DNA of 61,583 nt, filler included, from Theionarchaea archaeon (lineage in GTDB: Archaea > Methanobacteriota_B > Thermococci > Methanofastidiosales > SZ-28-30), in the NCBI GenBank assembly GCA_018992565.1. It is 2 parts of 2 records of this genome, joined end to end, with 100 filler letters (N's around TTAATTAATTAA, not from the genome) between each part and the next. Parts side by side here need not be neighbours in the genome. Positions count along the whole stretch, not along the records: positions 30,970 to 61,583 come from JACVGW010000024.1; 1 more part is not named here. One strand, given 5' to 3'. Positions 48,621 to 58,565 of the stretch are shown here, piece after piece. The notes under the pieces are model-generated. The model had not been told where the DNA came from. It did no database searches and worked only from the letters and a program-made list of their open reading frames with translations. The position numbers were made by a program, and so were the translations under genes. How positions within the stretch are numbered: position 1 is the stretch's first letter; each line of letters opens with the position of its first letter.

Positions 48621-49579
48621 GTCACAGCCCTCTCTGGATTCTCAGTCTCATGTCCGCGCTTCACGTCTATGAGTGATATCTCTTCCTCTCCTGTCAGATA
48701 CGCAATCTTCCCCTTGTTGTCCATTCTGTACCCGGGGCTGGAGAAGATGCTCAACAATCTGCCGTCAAAGAAGTACTTGTATCCCTCATCGAAAACCTCA
48801 TGCGCCCTTATTACCCTGCATACCTGATGGTTCTCTAAGAATTCCTTGAACACTTTCTCGCCATACGTATAATAGATGCCTCGTGCCCAGTTAAATTCGA
48901 ACCCAGGGTACTCCTCAGAAGGATCATTCCACAGAATCTGTCCCAAAATCACGCTTTCTGCATCCAGGTCCCCTTTCTTCAAGTCAGCAATCTCCTGTAA
49001 TCTGGCAATTCCCCGGGGAATACCTCCGTGCAGCAGGAGCGTCCTTCTCAGTAAGAGAGCAGGCGAGAAGTAGGAAAAGAGAATATTGTATTCGTTGTAC
49101 ATTGGCTTTGCCTGTCGTTGGAACTGCTCCCTGCATACTGAAGAGAATCCATAATACGAGTTGACTGCTGGTGTTTCATGGTTTCCTCTGAGCAAAAATA
49201 CCTTTTTGGGAAACAGGATTTTCAGTGCCAGCAGGAAATTGATAGTTTCGAGCTGTCGTGGCCCTCTGTCAACATAATCGCCGAGAAATATAATTTTCCC
49301 GTCTTTCTTTCTTTTCCACACCTTGTATATGTACTTTAATGCCTCGAAATCCCCATGCAGGTCTCCCACAACATATGAAATTCCTCCTCCAGGTTCTATG
49401 AGAGAAGGTTCACTTTCCACCAGAGGCCTCACGTTCTGGATGAGTTCTTTCATATGAGACACGGTGGCAGTCATGACGCTCTCTGGCTCAGCCACAATAC
49501 GTGCTGCAACACTCATTGTGGTGTGGAATTTTCCAGGACTTAAACATCTTTCGACTGTCTCCTGTTCGGGGCGGGTCAA
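48617..49579 (-). CDS. PPP-family Ser/Thr protein phosphatase
   Basis: GDLHG, GDYVDRG, LRGNHE, HGG, LWNDP, RAHE, IFS. Confidence 0.92.
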   Translation of the reverse strand: MTRPEQETVERCLSPGKFHTTMSVAARIVAEPESVMTATVSHMKELIQNVRPLVESEPSLIEPGGGISYVVGDLHGDFEALKYIYKVWKRKKDGKIIFLGDYVDRGPRQLETINFLLALKILFPKKVFLLRGNHETPAVNSYYGFSSVCREQFQRQAKPMYNEYNILFSYFSPALLLRRTLLLHGGIPRGIARLQEIADLKKGDLDAESVILGQILWNDPSEEYPGFEFNWARGIYYTYGEKVFKEFLENHQVCRVIRAHEVFDEGYKYFFDGRLLSIFSSPGYRMDNKGKIAYLTGEEEISLIDVKRGHETENPERAVT

Positions 49580-50400
49580 TCTGCGGTGAATTCCCTTACA
49601 GTCATGGCTGCTCCAATCGCTGTAGCATACTCACCGTACTTGGGGACAATGAATTTCATTTCAAACATCTTGCCTCTGTCCTTCATGATGTCCACAAGTT
49701 TTTTCACCCGGATGAGCTTCCCTGTGAGCACAATGTTCTTCTGGTCACAGGAGCGTGCAGCAAACACACTCAATACCAGCAGGGTTTCTGCAATGAGATT
49801 GATTATGGCCAGCGCTCTATCTGCGTCAGAAGAATCCTCACTGAGCTTTCCAAAATTAGAAGCAGTAGCATCTGTAGGTAGAGCACCCACAGGGCCTCCT
49901 GCTATGTCTCCTACGGTCAGATCCACGTTCCTCAAGTTACCTTTCTCTGCCAGAGCTTCCAGTGTTTTTAGAGTATTGATGTTCAGAATGTGCTTGGCGA
50001 GCCCCATGAGACATCCTCCCCCAACTCCAGTTCCCCCCACATGTGTGATCTTGGTATCCTTGACTGATACAAAGGGGGTCCCTGTGCCCATGGAGACGAC
50101 CAGTGCTTCATCCAGACCAGCAAGGGCTCTTCCACCGATACCAATAGCTGATATCTCGTCAATTTTCTTCAAAGGAATGCCCAGTATTGTCGTATCAAGA
50201 GAAGCTGCCCCTCCTCCTGTTGCCACAATTGTCTCAATATCAGAGAGGCTGCAGCCCAGCGTAGCAATCAGTTTGCCAAGTGCACCTGATGCAGCTGCTA
50301 CAGGGTCTGAGGCTGTGATACTGACTACACGTATCACATTCTTACCTTTAATTGCAACTGCATCTGTGGTGGTTCCTCCGATATCGATTCCTACGATCAT
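49576..50400 (-). CDS. Type II (CoaW/Fumble-like) pantothenate kinase family protein
   Basis: GIDIGGT, TGGGA, DEISAIG.G, SMGTGT, HVGGTGVGGG, VDLTVGDI, TASNFGK, AIGA. Confidence 0.85.
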   Translation of the reverse strand: MIVGIDIGGTTTDAVAIKGKNVIRVVSITASDPVAAASGALGKLIATLGCSLSDIETIVATGGGAASLDTTILGIPLKKIDEISAIGIGGRALAGLDEALVVSMGTGTPFVSVKDTKITHVGGTGVGGGCLMGLAKHILNINTLKTLEALAEKGNLRNVDLTVGDIAGGPVGALPTDATASNFGKLSEDSSDADRALAIINLIAETLLVLSVFAARSCDQKNIVLTGKLIRVKKLVDIMKDRGKMFEMKFIVPKYGEYATAIGAAMTVREFTAD

Positions 50401-50595
50401 TATACTTCCCTCTCCCGTCCCCTATATAAAGCTAGGTATGCTCTTTCACAGGTAGCCTGATGTGAGTCATTCCTCAGAAAAATGAAGAACGCACCCTGAT
50501 CTCGATGAGATGTATCTACTGATGGCAGAAGACTACCTCTGCAGAGCAAAGAAAGCTGCAGGCCAGAACACCTCTTCTTCAGAGCAGCGATCAAT

Positions 50596-51036
50596 TCAGT
50601 CACCTGTCAGTGCCCTCCGTATTCGCGTGGAAGATATAATACCCTTCTCATCTTTCAATAAAGGAACTTCAACAATCTGCAAATCTTTCCATCCCTTTTC
50701 TCTTCTGATCTCATTGATCTCTTCTGCATTCTCTTTCACTTCGGGAGTGACTACGATAGCATCAATGTCTTCAATATTATCTGCAAACCCAATTTTGTTC
50801 CTGATTTTCTTTATAGTGTAGTCTTTCCTGTATGAATACCCTTTGCTGGTGAGATATTCCTTCAAGTCCTTCTTTCGTTTTTCATACGGGTAAATCTTTT
50901 CAGGATGCTGTTTATCGGCAATCATCTCATCGGAGCATAACCCAATGAGTACATATCCTATCTTAAAAGCCTGTTCTAGAAAGAAGTGATGGCCCTCGTG
51001 GAGATGATCAAAGGTTCCAGATGCAATAACAATCAT
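50596..51036 (-). CDS. coaD: Phosphopantetheine adenylyltransferase, archaeal type
   Basis: GTFDHLHEGH, DAIVVTPE, IN.IR..KG..L, ISSTRIR. Confidence 0.9.
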   Translation of the reverse strand: MIVIASGTFDHLHEGHHFFLEQAFKIGYVLIGLCSDEMIADKQHPEKIYPYEKRKKDLKEYLTSKGYSYRKDYTIKKIRNKIGFADNIEDIDAIVVTPEVKENAEEINEIRREKGWKDLQIVEVPLLKDEKGIISSTRIRRALTGD

Positions 51037-51099
51037 ATATCCAACCAGTGACGTATGTACTTAAGCCTTCTGGCTCATCTGATCTGAAAGAAATCCACA

Positions 51100-51819
51100 T
51101 TACTTGGCAACATATAAGACAATTCCTTTCTCTTTCACGATCTCAAAAGGGATATTCTTCAGCGAATGTGAGGTCCCCCTCATTTTTCTCACGCGCAGGA
51201 ATCGCTTCAAGTCAGAAACCTCTTCTTCCAGAGACAGTACAATAATGCCTCTGGCCAGGAATTCTTCAATACCATATCGTGAGACAAGGAAGGGGTCTAT
51301 ACTCTCCGTGGTCATCAGTGATGTCAGTCCGATTTCAAGAAGCAGTGCACTGAGTCTGAATAGCGCCCCACGAAATTCCTCAGATTCCCCGACTTTCAGC
51401 ATGAGAGCTGGAATTGAATCGAGTACAAGCCTCTTTGCTCCAATTCGAGTAGCAGCACGATGGATGTCCAGGACCAGTGCGTCAATTTCGAAATTGCTCC
51501 CAATGCGAAGCTCACTGCCCTCAGAAGCTCCAATCCGTGGAGAGGCTGCATCAATAATCATGAGGTTTCCATTTCGTTGATGTTCTGCCAGATCCCAGCC
51601 CAGTCCCAGCATTTCATCCTGAAGGTCAGCCGTCCGTTCCTCTAAGGTGATGAAAATACCTGGTTCATTTTTCTCCACGATTCCTTCCTCTAGGAACTGG
51701 GTACAAAAGATGGTCTTTCCCGTGCCTGAACTGCCACATATGAGAACATTGGTTCCCCTTGGGTAACCGCCTCCGATGATAGTATCCAGGCCTGGAATGC
51801 CAGTTGTTACTCTCTCCAC
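51100..51819 (-). CDS. Single-domain KaiC-like/RAD55-family ATPase
   Basis: TGIPGLDTIIGGG, GSSGTGKT, FITLEE, RLVLDS, KMRGT. Confidence 0.92.
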   Translation of the reverse strand: MERVTTGIPGLDTIIGGGYPRGTNVLICGSSGTGKTIFCTQFLEEGIVEKNEPGIFITLEERTADLQDEMLGLGWDLAEHQRNGNLMIIDAASPRIGASEGSELRIGSNFEIDALVLDIHRAATRIGAKRLVLDSIPALMLKVGESEEFRGALFRLSALLLEIGLTSLMTTESIDPFLVSRYGIEEFLARGIIVLSLEEEVSDLKRFLRVRKMRGTSHSLKNIPFEIVKEKGIVLYVAK

Positions 51820-52111
51820 GGCTCCTGTTGTTCTTTACCCTTTATAAGGTTTGACATCAGACAACTTCTCTTTTTCTTTGAATTTAGAATCAAAATATGT
51901 CATATTAAAGAATCAGGGACACATTAGTAGAGAATCAAAGGAATGTCTGGTGTTTCTGATCCTGGAGTTATCAGCGTGATACAGTGGTGCAGTCTCAGAG
52001 ACGGAAGAGTGTCAATTGCATCTCTCTTTCGTGGACCAGAATTCTCTGGTGAGCCTCTAACCCAACTTGAGGGGGGAAAGCTATTTATAATCTTCTCAGG
52101 AAGAGAAGGAC

Positions 52112-54526
52112 ATGCTTGACTCATCATCGAAGGACTTCGCTCTGTTTCAGAGTGTAGAGCAAGTTCTGGGAAGGAGAGAGCAGTTGAGCACAAGAGTGGA
52201 CAGCCTCTTTCACAGGTTTACCGAGCTGGTTGACCATGGTTATTATGGAATAATCCTCAATGCGTCTTACGCTCATGAAATGCTTGAGATTTCAGCAGAG
52301 CTTTCCTCGAAAAGTGGAGAAGCAACTGCTACTTTCTGCACTGTCCCGCTTCGGGACATGGGTTCTGGACTCAGGGTACTTTCATTGGAAGAAGTGTCAT
52401 CTTTTTTCTCTGGAATCGGAGTAACCTTTCCTCTCAAAGAGGAGTTGCCTCACTGTGTCGTAGTGCCTCTGTCTGTGGATGGACTCATTGGTCTTTTCTG
52501 CGTCTTCAAAAGGTCTGCGTTCTCTGGTATTGAGTTGGAAAAAATAGCCTTATTTTCTGCTCAACTGGCAAATGCAATCATTTTTCAACTTTATTTTCTA
52601 CGCGAATGCACTGTGGAGTCTTATCCTTTCGAGGAATCCAAAGCTTATTACGAAAGCATGATTCATACTACAGAAGATATGATATACGTCATCAGCATGG
52701 AAGGGGTTTTTGTTTTTGCCAACAGGAAGGCCACAGAGGTTATGGGCAGTGATATCTTGGGAAAGCGGTTTGAAGACGTGATTGTCCCGGAATTTCATAC
52801 TAAAGTGAAAAGCGAATTCGAGAAACGGAAAAGAGGTGAGGCGTCTCCCACCTACAGGGTCCAGGCTACTAATAAATCGGGTGATAAAATCTGGCTTGAA
52901 ATCAACTCAAACCCTCTTTTTAAGAATGAGGAGATCGCCGGTGTGATTGGAAGTGCCAGAGACATAACAGATCAGATGCAGATTGAACAGCAAAGGACTC
53001 ATCTCACCATAATTGCCAATGACATCCTCCAGCGGAAGAACCTGAAGGAGATCATGGACACAGTTGTCGTTGCTATTAGAGAGTATTGTGGGTTTCAGAG
53101 GGTTCTCATTTCTCTCTTAGATGAGGATTTTGAGGCCATCCACCTGGCTTTTGCAGGACTTACTGAAGAAGAAAAAGACCAAGCATACAAACGTCACCTT
53201 TCTCCGAAGCAGAGAAAAAGCATCTTTCAGGACAGGTTCAAAGTGGGCCAATCCTACTACATTCCTCATGATCAGACTCCCTGGAGGGAGAGAGGTGTAC
53301 AGAGCAGGCTGAGCCCCGCGCAGATGAAAGACTGGCATCCTGATGACTTCCTCTTCATCCCCTTGTATGGAGAGAAGAAGAAGACGATTGGATTGATTTC
53401 TGTAGACGACCCCGTTGATGGAAGAGCACCTACTGCTGAGACGCTGGCCCCTGTCGAGCTGTTTGCCACTCAGGCTGCCATTGCCATTGAGAATGCCAGA
53501 CTGTACGAACAAATCAGTCACCATGCTGAAGATCTGGAATCAAAGGTAGTACAGAGAACTCGAGCCCGGGAAGCGCTGCTGGAGACCAACTTTGCTCTGC
53601 GGGGAACAACCAGTTGGGACAAGGGAATGAAGATTATCCTTGAAGGGATTACAAAAGGTCTGGGATTTGAAAATGCCGAACTATTCTTGATCAACGAAAG
53701 TAAGAGGATTTTAGAGAACATCGCTGTGGTTGGAACAGAGAAGAAAAAAGATATTTCCTTGAATGATATGGAATATGTGGCTGCGCAGTGTGTAGCTCAA
53801 AAGAGACCGATAAATGTTAAGGATGCTTCCACAAGTGTGTCCAAACAGATAGACCCTGTCATGAATTCATTTGCCTGGGTTCCCATTATGACTCAGGACG
53901 ACGTGCTGGGAGTGATCTCGGTATATAACAGCAAGACGGAGAGGCCCATCTCAGATGAACAACTTGACGATCTCCTCTTGTTTGCCAACCAGGCAGCCCA
54001 TTTTGTGGAGAGCACACGGTTCTTGTTCAGCCCGGTGGTGGAGAACACACTCCCCACAGAAATGAAATACAAGCTGGAGTCAGGTGAGAGCTATTTAGTG
54101 GAGAGTGCCCAGCCTACAGAAGCCTTTGACATCTTTCGTGATGCCGTGACCCACGGAATACAGGGGTTCTCCATCTGTAGGATGCATCCCAAGAAGGTCA
54201 GACACAAGTTTGATCTCAAGAAGACCCCCATACTGTGGCTCTCTACCATTGAGGGAGCAGATACTGTAGATCCCAAAGACCTGGCCAAGATCAACCACAT
54301 GCTCAACGAGTTTCTAAAGCGAGCTTCTGACTCTATTCTTCTTGTGGAAGGGTTGGAGTATCTCATCATTCAGAATAGTTTTGAAAAGGTGGTCAAGGCG
54401 CTTCATTCACTGAACGATTATATCACTGTCTCCAATTCCCGCCTGCTTGTGCCTATTAACCCCAAAACACTCTCGGAAAAAGAACTCAGCATTCTTGAAA
54501 AAGAGTTCATGGTTTTCAAGAGATGA
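52112..54526 (+). CDS. Sensor protein: GAF-like, PAS, GAF, GAF and C-terminal DUF835 (inactive KaiC-like) domain
   Basis: PAS (DMIYV...WLEINSNP..GSARDIT); GAFs ending QAAIAIENARLY and LFANQAA; DUF835-like PILWLS..VDPKDL..ILLVEGLEYLIIQN.F..LNDY. Confidence 0.85.
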   Translation: MLDSSSKDFALFQSVEQVLGRREQLSTRVDSLFHRFTELVDHGYYGIILNASYAHEMLEISAELSSKSGEATATFCTVPLRDMGSGLRVLSLEEVSSFFSGIGVTFPLKEELPHCVVVPLSVDGLIGLFCVFKRSAFSGIELEKIALFSAQLANAIIFQLYFLRECTVESYPFEESKAYYESMIHTTEDMIYVISMEGVFVFANRKATEVMGSDILGKRFEDVIVPEFHTKVKSEFEKRKRGEASPTYRVQATNKSGDKIWLEINSNPLFKNEEIAGVIGSARDITDQMQIEQQRTHLTIIANDILQRKNLKEIMDTVVVAIREYCGFQRVLISLLDEDFEAIHLAFAGLTEEEKDQAYKRHLSPKQRKSIFQDRFKVGQSYYIPHDQTPWRERGVQSRLSPAQMKDWHPDDFLFIPLYGEKKKTIGLISVDDPVDGRAPTAETLAPVELFATQAAIAIENARLYEQISHHAEDLESKVVQRTRAREALLETNFALRGTTSWDKGMKIILEGITKGLGFENAELFLINESKRILENIAVVGTEKKKDISLNDMEYVAAQCVAQKRPINVKDASTSVSKQIDPVMNSFAWVPIMTQDDVLGVISVYNSKTERPISDEQLDDLLLFANQAAHFVESTRFLFSPVVENTLPTEMKYKLESGESYLVESAQPTEAFDIFRDAVTHGIQGFSICRMHPKKVRHKFDLKKTPILWLSTIEGADTVDPKDLAKINHMLNEFLKRASDSILLVEGLEYLIIQNSFEKVVKALHSLNDYITVSNSRLLVPINPKTLSEKELSILEKEFMVFKR

Positions 54527-54627
54527 GCAGAGCACATGGTGCGGACAGTGAACCGGACAGGGTCCGGTCCACTGCGTTGAATAAGTTGAAGAACAAGAAG
54601 GTTCCACATCAGGTGATCCATGACTTC

Positions 54628-56154
54628 TCAGCCTGTCTCACTGGAGAGGTGCTCAAGGAGCATGTGATTTTCCCACCTGTCTATGATTCCCATTATAGCA
54701 CTCTCATGAGCGACTTTTTCTGCCTGCTGAAGCTTATGAGATTTTTCAGCAATGATTTCCATGAGGAGGTCGCCTTTGTGGGCAGTATCTCCCATCTTCT
54801 TGTGTAATCGCACTCCCGCGCCCCTGTCTTTTGGACACCCCGCGGCTGTGGCCACTCTGACCAGAGATGGGTTATAAATCCATCTCACAATGCCCGGGGT
54901 TTCAGCATAGATTTCTGTTACATGGCTCCCTACAGGTATATCTTCAGGTGCAATATCTGGATCTCCGCCCTGGGCAGCAATGATCTCTCTCAGTTTTTTT
55001 TCAGCTTTTTTCTCCAGTGCTTTCCGAGCCATGAGTGTTCCTTCCTCTCTGGAGTGAGCCTTTCCCACCAGCGCCAGCAGAATCCCACACAAAGAGGCTA
55101 CTTTCTCCTTCAAGTCTGAATTCCCTTTGGAAGCAAATGTCCTGAGAGCTTCCTGTGCTTCCAGCGCAGGGCCTACGCAGTACCCGATGGGCTGTTCTCC
55201 CAAGGTGACTCCGCACTGTATGTTGATGTCTAGCTTCTTTCCGATGTTGACGAATTGATCCGCCAGCCTGCGGGCTTTTTCAGGCGTTTTTATCTTGGCA
55301 TCTGATCCTGTGGGAATGTCAATCACTACGTGAGTAGCCCCTACACTCTTCTTCTTGCTGAGAATTGAAGCCAGCAGCAGAGGGTCAACCCCCAGAGGAT
55401 GTTCAATCTGTATCAACAGGTCGTCTGCAGGTGCAAGGTCCAGTGCTCCTCCCCATACGAGGCATCCATTAGTCTTCTTGGTCACCCTCTCAATTTCCTC
55501 AAGGCTCAGCTCTACCGGCATGAGCATTTCTGCCCTGTCAGCTGTCCCTGCAGGAGAGGTAATGGCCCGGGATGAGGTTTTGGGGATCATCAGCCCCATG
55601 GATGCAATAACAGGCACCACCAGTAGACTGGTCTTGTCTCCTGGCACGCCTCCAACACTGTGTTTGTCACACACTACATCTCCAAACCTGATGGTATCAC
55701 CAGTTTCCACCATAGCCTGTATCAGAGACGTAGACTCTCCCATGGACAGTCCCCTCAGGTGAAAAGACATAATAAGAGCTGTCAACTCCAGATCATTCAG
55801 GTTTCTTTCTACCACATCTCCTATTATCTCTTTGATTTCTTCTGTTGTTAGTTCAACTCCTTCAATTTTCCGGCGAATGTATTCCTTTGATTTAAGTGGA
55901 CGCCGGGCATATACTTCAACCTGTTGTCCTCTCCTGACGTCCAGTTTCTCTTTAATTTCATCTAGAACTCCAATTTCGCCCGGGTGTACAAATCGTTCTG
56001 AGGTATTAATCACTGCAGTGACCGAATCAGTTTCGGTTTCGATGACGACACGATCCAGAGAATAAACACCCAATTCAAGTGCGTCCTGTGAATTAAGAAC
56101 AGCAACAGTCTTTCCACCGGTATCCAGATCGTATGGTTTAACTGTCATTTTCAT
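54628..56154 (-). CDS. AMP phosphorylase (archaeal thymidine phosphorylase family)
   Basis: N-terminal double-psi extension, DKHSVGGVPG.K, PKTSSRAITSPAGTAD, SILSKK, GPALEA. Confidence 0.92.
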   Translation of the reverse strand: MKMTVKPYDLDTGGKTVAVLNSQDALELGVYSLDRVVIETETDSVTAVINTSERFVHPGEIGVLDEIKEKLDVRRGQQVEVYARRPLKSKEYIRRKIEGVELTTEEIKEIIGDVVERNLNDLELTALIMSFHLRGLSMGESTSLIQAMVETGDTIRFGDVVCDKHSVGGVPGDKTSLLVVPVIASMGLMIPKTSSRAITSPAGTADRAEMLMPVELSLEEIERVTKKTNGCLVWGGALDLAPADDLLIQIEHPLGVDPLLLASILSKKKSVGATHVVIDIPTGSDAKIKTPEKARRLADQFVNIGKKLDINIQCGVTLGEQPIGYCVGPALEAQEALRTFASKGNSDLKEKVASLCGILLALVGKAHSREEGTLMARKALEKKAEKKLREIIAAQGGDPDIAPEDIPVGSHVTEIYAETPGIVRWIYNPSLVRVATAAGCPKDRGAGVRLHKKMGDTAHKGDLLMEIIAEKSHKLQQAEKVAHESAIMGIIDRWENHMLLEHLSSETG

Positions 56155-56246
56155 ACTATATTTCAGGAGCAACTCTTAATTAACCTTTTCCAAGATAACT
56201 TCCATTATACCCGTATTTTGCCTAGTTTCTTGAAGCTACTATTACG

Positions 56247-56263
56247 ACCGAAACTTTTATATA
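56247..56263 (+). promoter_or_regulatory. BRE/TATA promoter
   Basis: ACCGAAACTTTTATATA upstream of the 56329 gene. Confidence 0.7.
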
Positions 56264-56328
56264 CCTCTGCGTATAAGAAGTTACGCTTGCAGTAGTAGCT
56301 TCAAGCGATCATTGAAAGGAGGGACCCT

Positions 56329-58098
56329 ATGGCTAGCAGCCTTCCAGTTACTACAGAGAGAAGAGTACGAAGAAGACACCAGGAAGTAGATGAATCTGAA
56401 GAACGGAAATCAGAGTCAGAATCAGAATCAGAGCCATGCGACTTCAAAATAACAGGGAAAGGGTTGACCAGGTTTGTCCTGTCTTTTGTGGTGTTGTATG
56501 CAGTGCTGGCAGTTTCCATATTCAGTGTGTTTGCATTTCAGGATCAATCCCCTGTTCTCACTCCAGGATTGATGGAAAAGGAAGTTGCGGCAGGTGGTGA
56601 AGTACAGTTTGCTCTCAACCTGAAGAATCCCTCAATCCTGAAAAAGGAGGTAACCTTGAACCTTGAGAAGGATTTGCCTTCTGGATGGATGGCGAGCTTC
56701 TGTGATGAAACCCAGTGTTTCTTCGAGAGTTGTGCTGTGACCCTGGATTCTCTTGGAGAGAAATCCTATTTTGTCCATGTTATCACTGACACCACAGGCC
56801 AGACAGGAACGATATCCGTGGAAATGGTTCACCAGGGTGAAATTCAGAAGGATATCACTTTTACAGTTGCCACGACAAAACAGGCTGACTTCACTATACA
56901 ATTGACCAGTAGCGAGCGAGAGGATTCTGACATTGCTTTTGGTGTGCTCATTGTGAACACGGGAAATGTGGAAGACACCTTTGCCATTTCCCTGCCCCCG
57001 GGTATTGCTGCCCACGTCAGCGAGAGCGCAGTCACGGTGGGCCCCGGAGAGGAGAAGGAAGTGATTGTCTATATTGAAAGCCCCTCGTCTGTCAATACGT
57101 CACTGATTGTGACCTCCAGTGAGGGTGTTTCCAGGACCTTGTACCTGATTAATGAGCAGCCTCTAACCTACAATTTCGAGATATATGCTTCCAAGGATTT
57201 CTACATTGAGGAAGAGCAGGCTGACATCAGCTTTGACATCATTAATACAGGAGACGCTTCCGACATGTATAGTGTCAGTGCTACCTGTCTTGCTCCTGAG
57301 TGGGAGGTGATCTGTGCACCTCAGGTTATTGACATTGAGGCAAAAAAGTCAGGAAGGGTACTCATCTCAGTAACGAGGGGAAAAGGGAAGAGCGCTTCTG
57401 TCATTGCCACTGCTACGTCCACCAGCGGTCTGTCAAAGAACATAAAGTTGAATATTTTCCTGCAGGAAACCCAGGGGAAAACAGTACTGGCAGAGTATTT
57501 CACCGGTACCTGGTGCTATGTATGCAGCTACGGGGAAAGAGCCCTCAGGCAACTGGCGGAAGAAATAGAGAATCTTATCGTCCTGGTATATCATCTGAAA
57601 GACGATATTGAAACTGAAGGCAGTGCCAGGCGGGCTACAGGGTTGTATGGATTCACTGACACAGTGTCCACACTTGTGGTCAATGGAACCAAGTATGTGT
57701 ACTACTCTTCAGGCGGAGAAGGAGCCATCTATTTCAAGTACAAGAAGATTATTGAGGAGATTTTGGCAGAAGAACCTCTGAAAGCTGAAATCTACGTATC
57801 TGGACGTACTGTGGAGAATGTGGCCTACATTACATCGGAAATCCACTCATACACGTCAGGTACTTATGATGTGTACTTCGTTCTGTTCAAGAACAACTTC
57901 GAGTATCGCGGTGAAATCAAGCAGTATATCGTCAGAGATGTCTCAGGTCCACAGAGGGTCACACTCCTGGGAGAAGTCATTGTATCCACGGAGTTCATAC
58001 TACCTGCAGGTGAATCATACGAAGGGTATGGAGTGGTGGTCATCATACAGAATCCCCAAACCTTGGAAGTACTTCAAGCCACTCAATACATGTTATAG
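56329..58098 (+). CDS. Membrane-anchored protein with Ig-like (NEW3-like) repeats and a C-terminal Omp28-like thioredoxin domain
   Basis: N-terminal TM helix; repeated VxNTG..D.[FY]; VLAEYFTGTWCYVC; GGAGG RBS. Confidence 0.75.
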   Translation: MASSLPVTTERRVRRRHQEVDESEERKSESESESEPCDFKITGKGLTRFVLSFVVLYAVLAVSIFSVFAFQDQSPVLTPGLMEKEVAAGGEVQFALNLKNPSILKKEVTLNLEKDLPSGWMASFCDETQCFFESCAVTLDSLGEKSYFVHVITDTTGQTGTISVEMVHQGEIQKDITFTVATTKQADFTIQLTSSEREDSDIAFGVLIVNTGNVEDTFAISLPPGIAAHVSESAVTVGPGEEKEVIVYIESPSSVNTSLIVTSSEGVSRTLYLINEQPLTYNFEIYASKDFYIEEEQADISFDIINTGDASDMYSVSATCLAPEWEVICAPQVIDIEAKKSGRVLISVTRGKGKSASVIATATSTSGLSKNIKLNIFLQETQGKTVLAEYFTGTWCYVCSYGERALRQLAEEIENLIVLVYHLKDDIETEGSARRATGLYGFTDTVSTLVVNGTKYVYYSSGGEGAIYFKYKKIIEEILAEEPLKAEIYVSGRTVENVAYITSEIHSYTSGTYDVYFVLFKNNFEYRGEIKQYIVRDVSGPQRVTLLGEVIVSTEFILPAGESYEGYGVVVIIQNPQTLEVLQATQYML

Positions 58099-58109
58099 GA
58101 GGGATTATC

Positions 58110-58556
58110 ATGAATCGAAAGAGCGATTTGATCATAGGAATGGCATTCCTGGGAGTGCTGGGAGTGTCGTGCCTTTATGTACTGGGAGGGAACGAGAACA
58201 GCCCTGAAAGCTATTCATTCTCATCGAATTGGGTATGGAACGATTATGATAGGGTGATGCAGCAGGCTCAGGAGGAAAACAAGTATGTGATAATCGACTT
58301 TTGGGCTGTATGGTGCGATGAATGCAAGAAGATGGACAGGGTGGCCTTCAGAGATCCAGAGGTATGCCGCCTGCTGGGCAGGTGTGTGCTGCTGAAAGTG
58401 GATGTAGACGTCATCCCTGAACTGAAGTCTCAATTCCGGGTGATGGGAATGCCCACTGTGGTGATAGTGTCTCCTGAAGGTGATGAAGTGTCGAGAGCAG
58501 TGGGATATCAGACCACAGAACAGATCAAGAGACTGCTGATGGAGGTACTGGAATGA
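58110..58556 (+). CDS. Membrane-anchored thioredoxin-family protein
   Basis: IDFWAVWCDECK, V.GMPT. Confidence 0.88.
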   Translation: MNRKSDLIIGMAFLGVLGVSCLYVLGGNENSPESYSFSSNWVWNDYDRVMQQAQEENKYVIIDFWAVWCDECKKMDRVAFRDPEVCRLLGRCVLLKVDVDVIPELKSQFRVMGMPTVVIVSPEGDEVSRAVGYQTTEQIKRLLMEVLE

Positions 58557-58565
58557 GGTGGTATC

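Noticed and set aside
49586..50455. 289-aa plus-strand ORF
   Set aside because: Antisense shadow of the pantothenate kinase-like gene; no motifs or RBS
50450..50538. Possible C/D-box sRNA or hammerhead-like RNA (ATGAAGA..CTGA..GATGA..CTGA inside an AGGTAG/CTACCT stem)
   Set aside because: The first guide is only 7 nt, the boxes are degenerate, and the hammerhead core reads CUGAUGU rather than CUGANGA. It is not supportable without a covariance search.
56410..56433. Hexamer tandem repeats (TCAGAR x4 here; CTCAGT x3 at 41201-41218)
   Set aside because: In-frame low-complexity SE/TE linkers; not a CRISPR array or a frameshifting phase-variation tract
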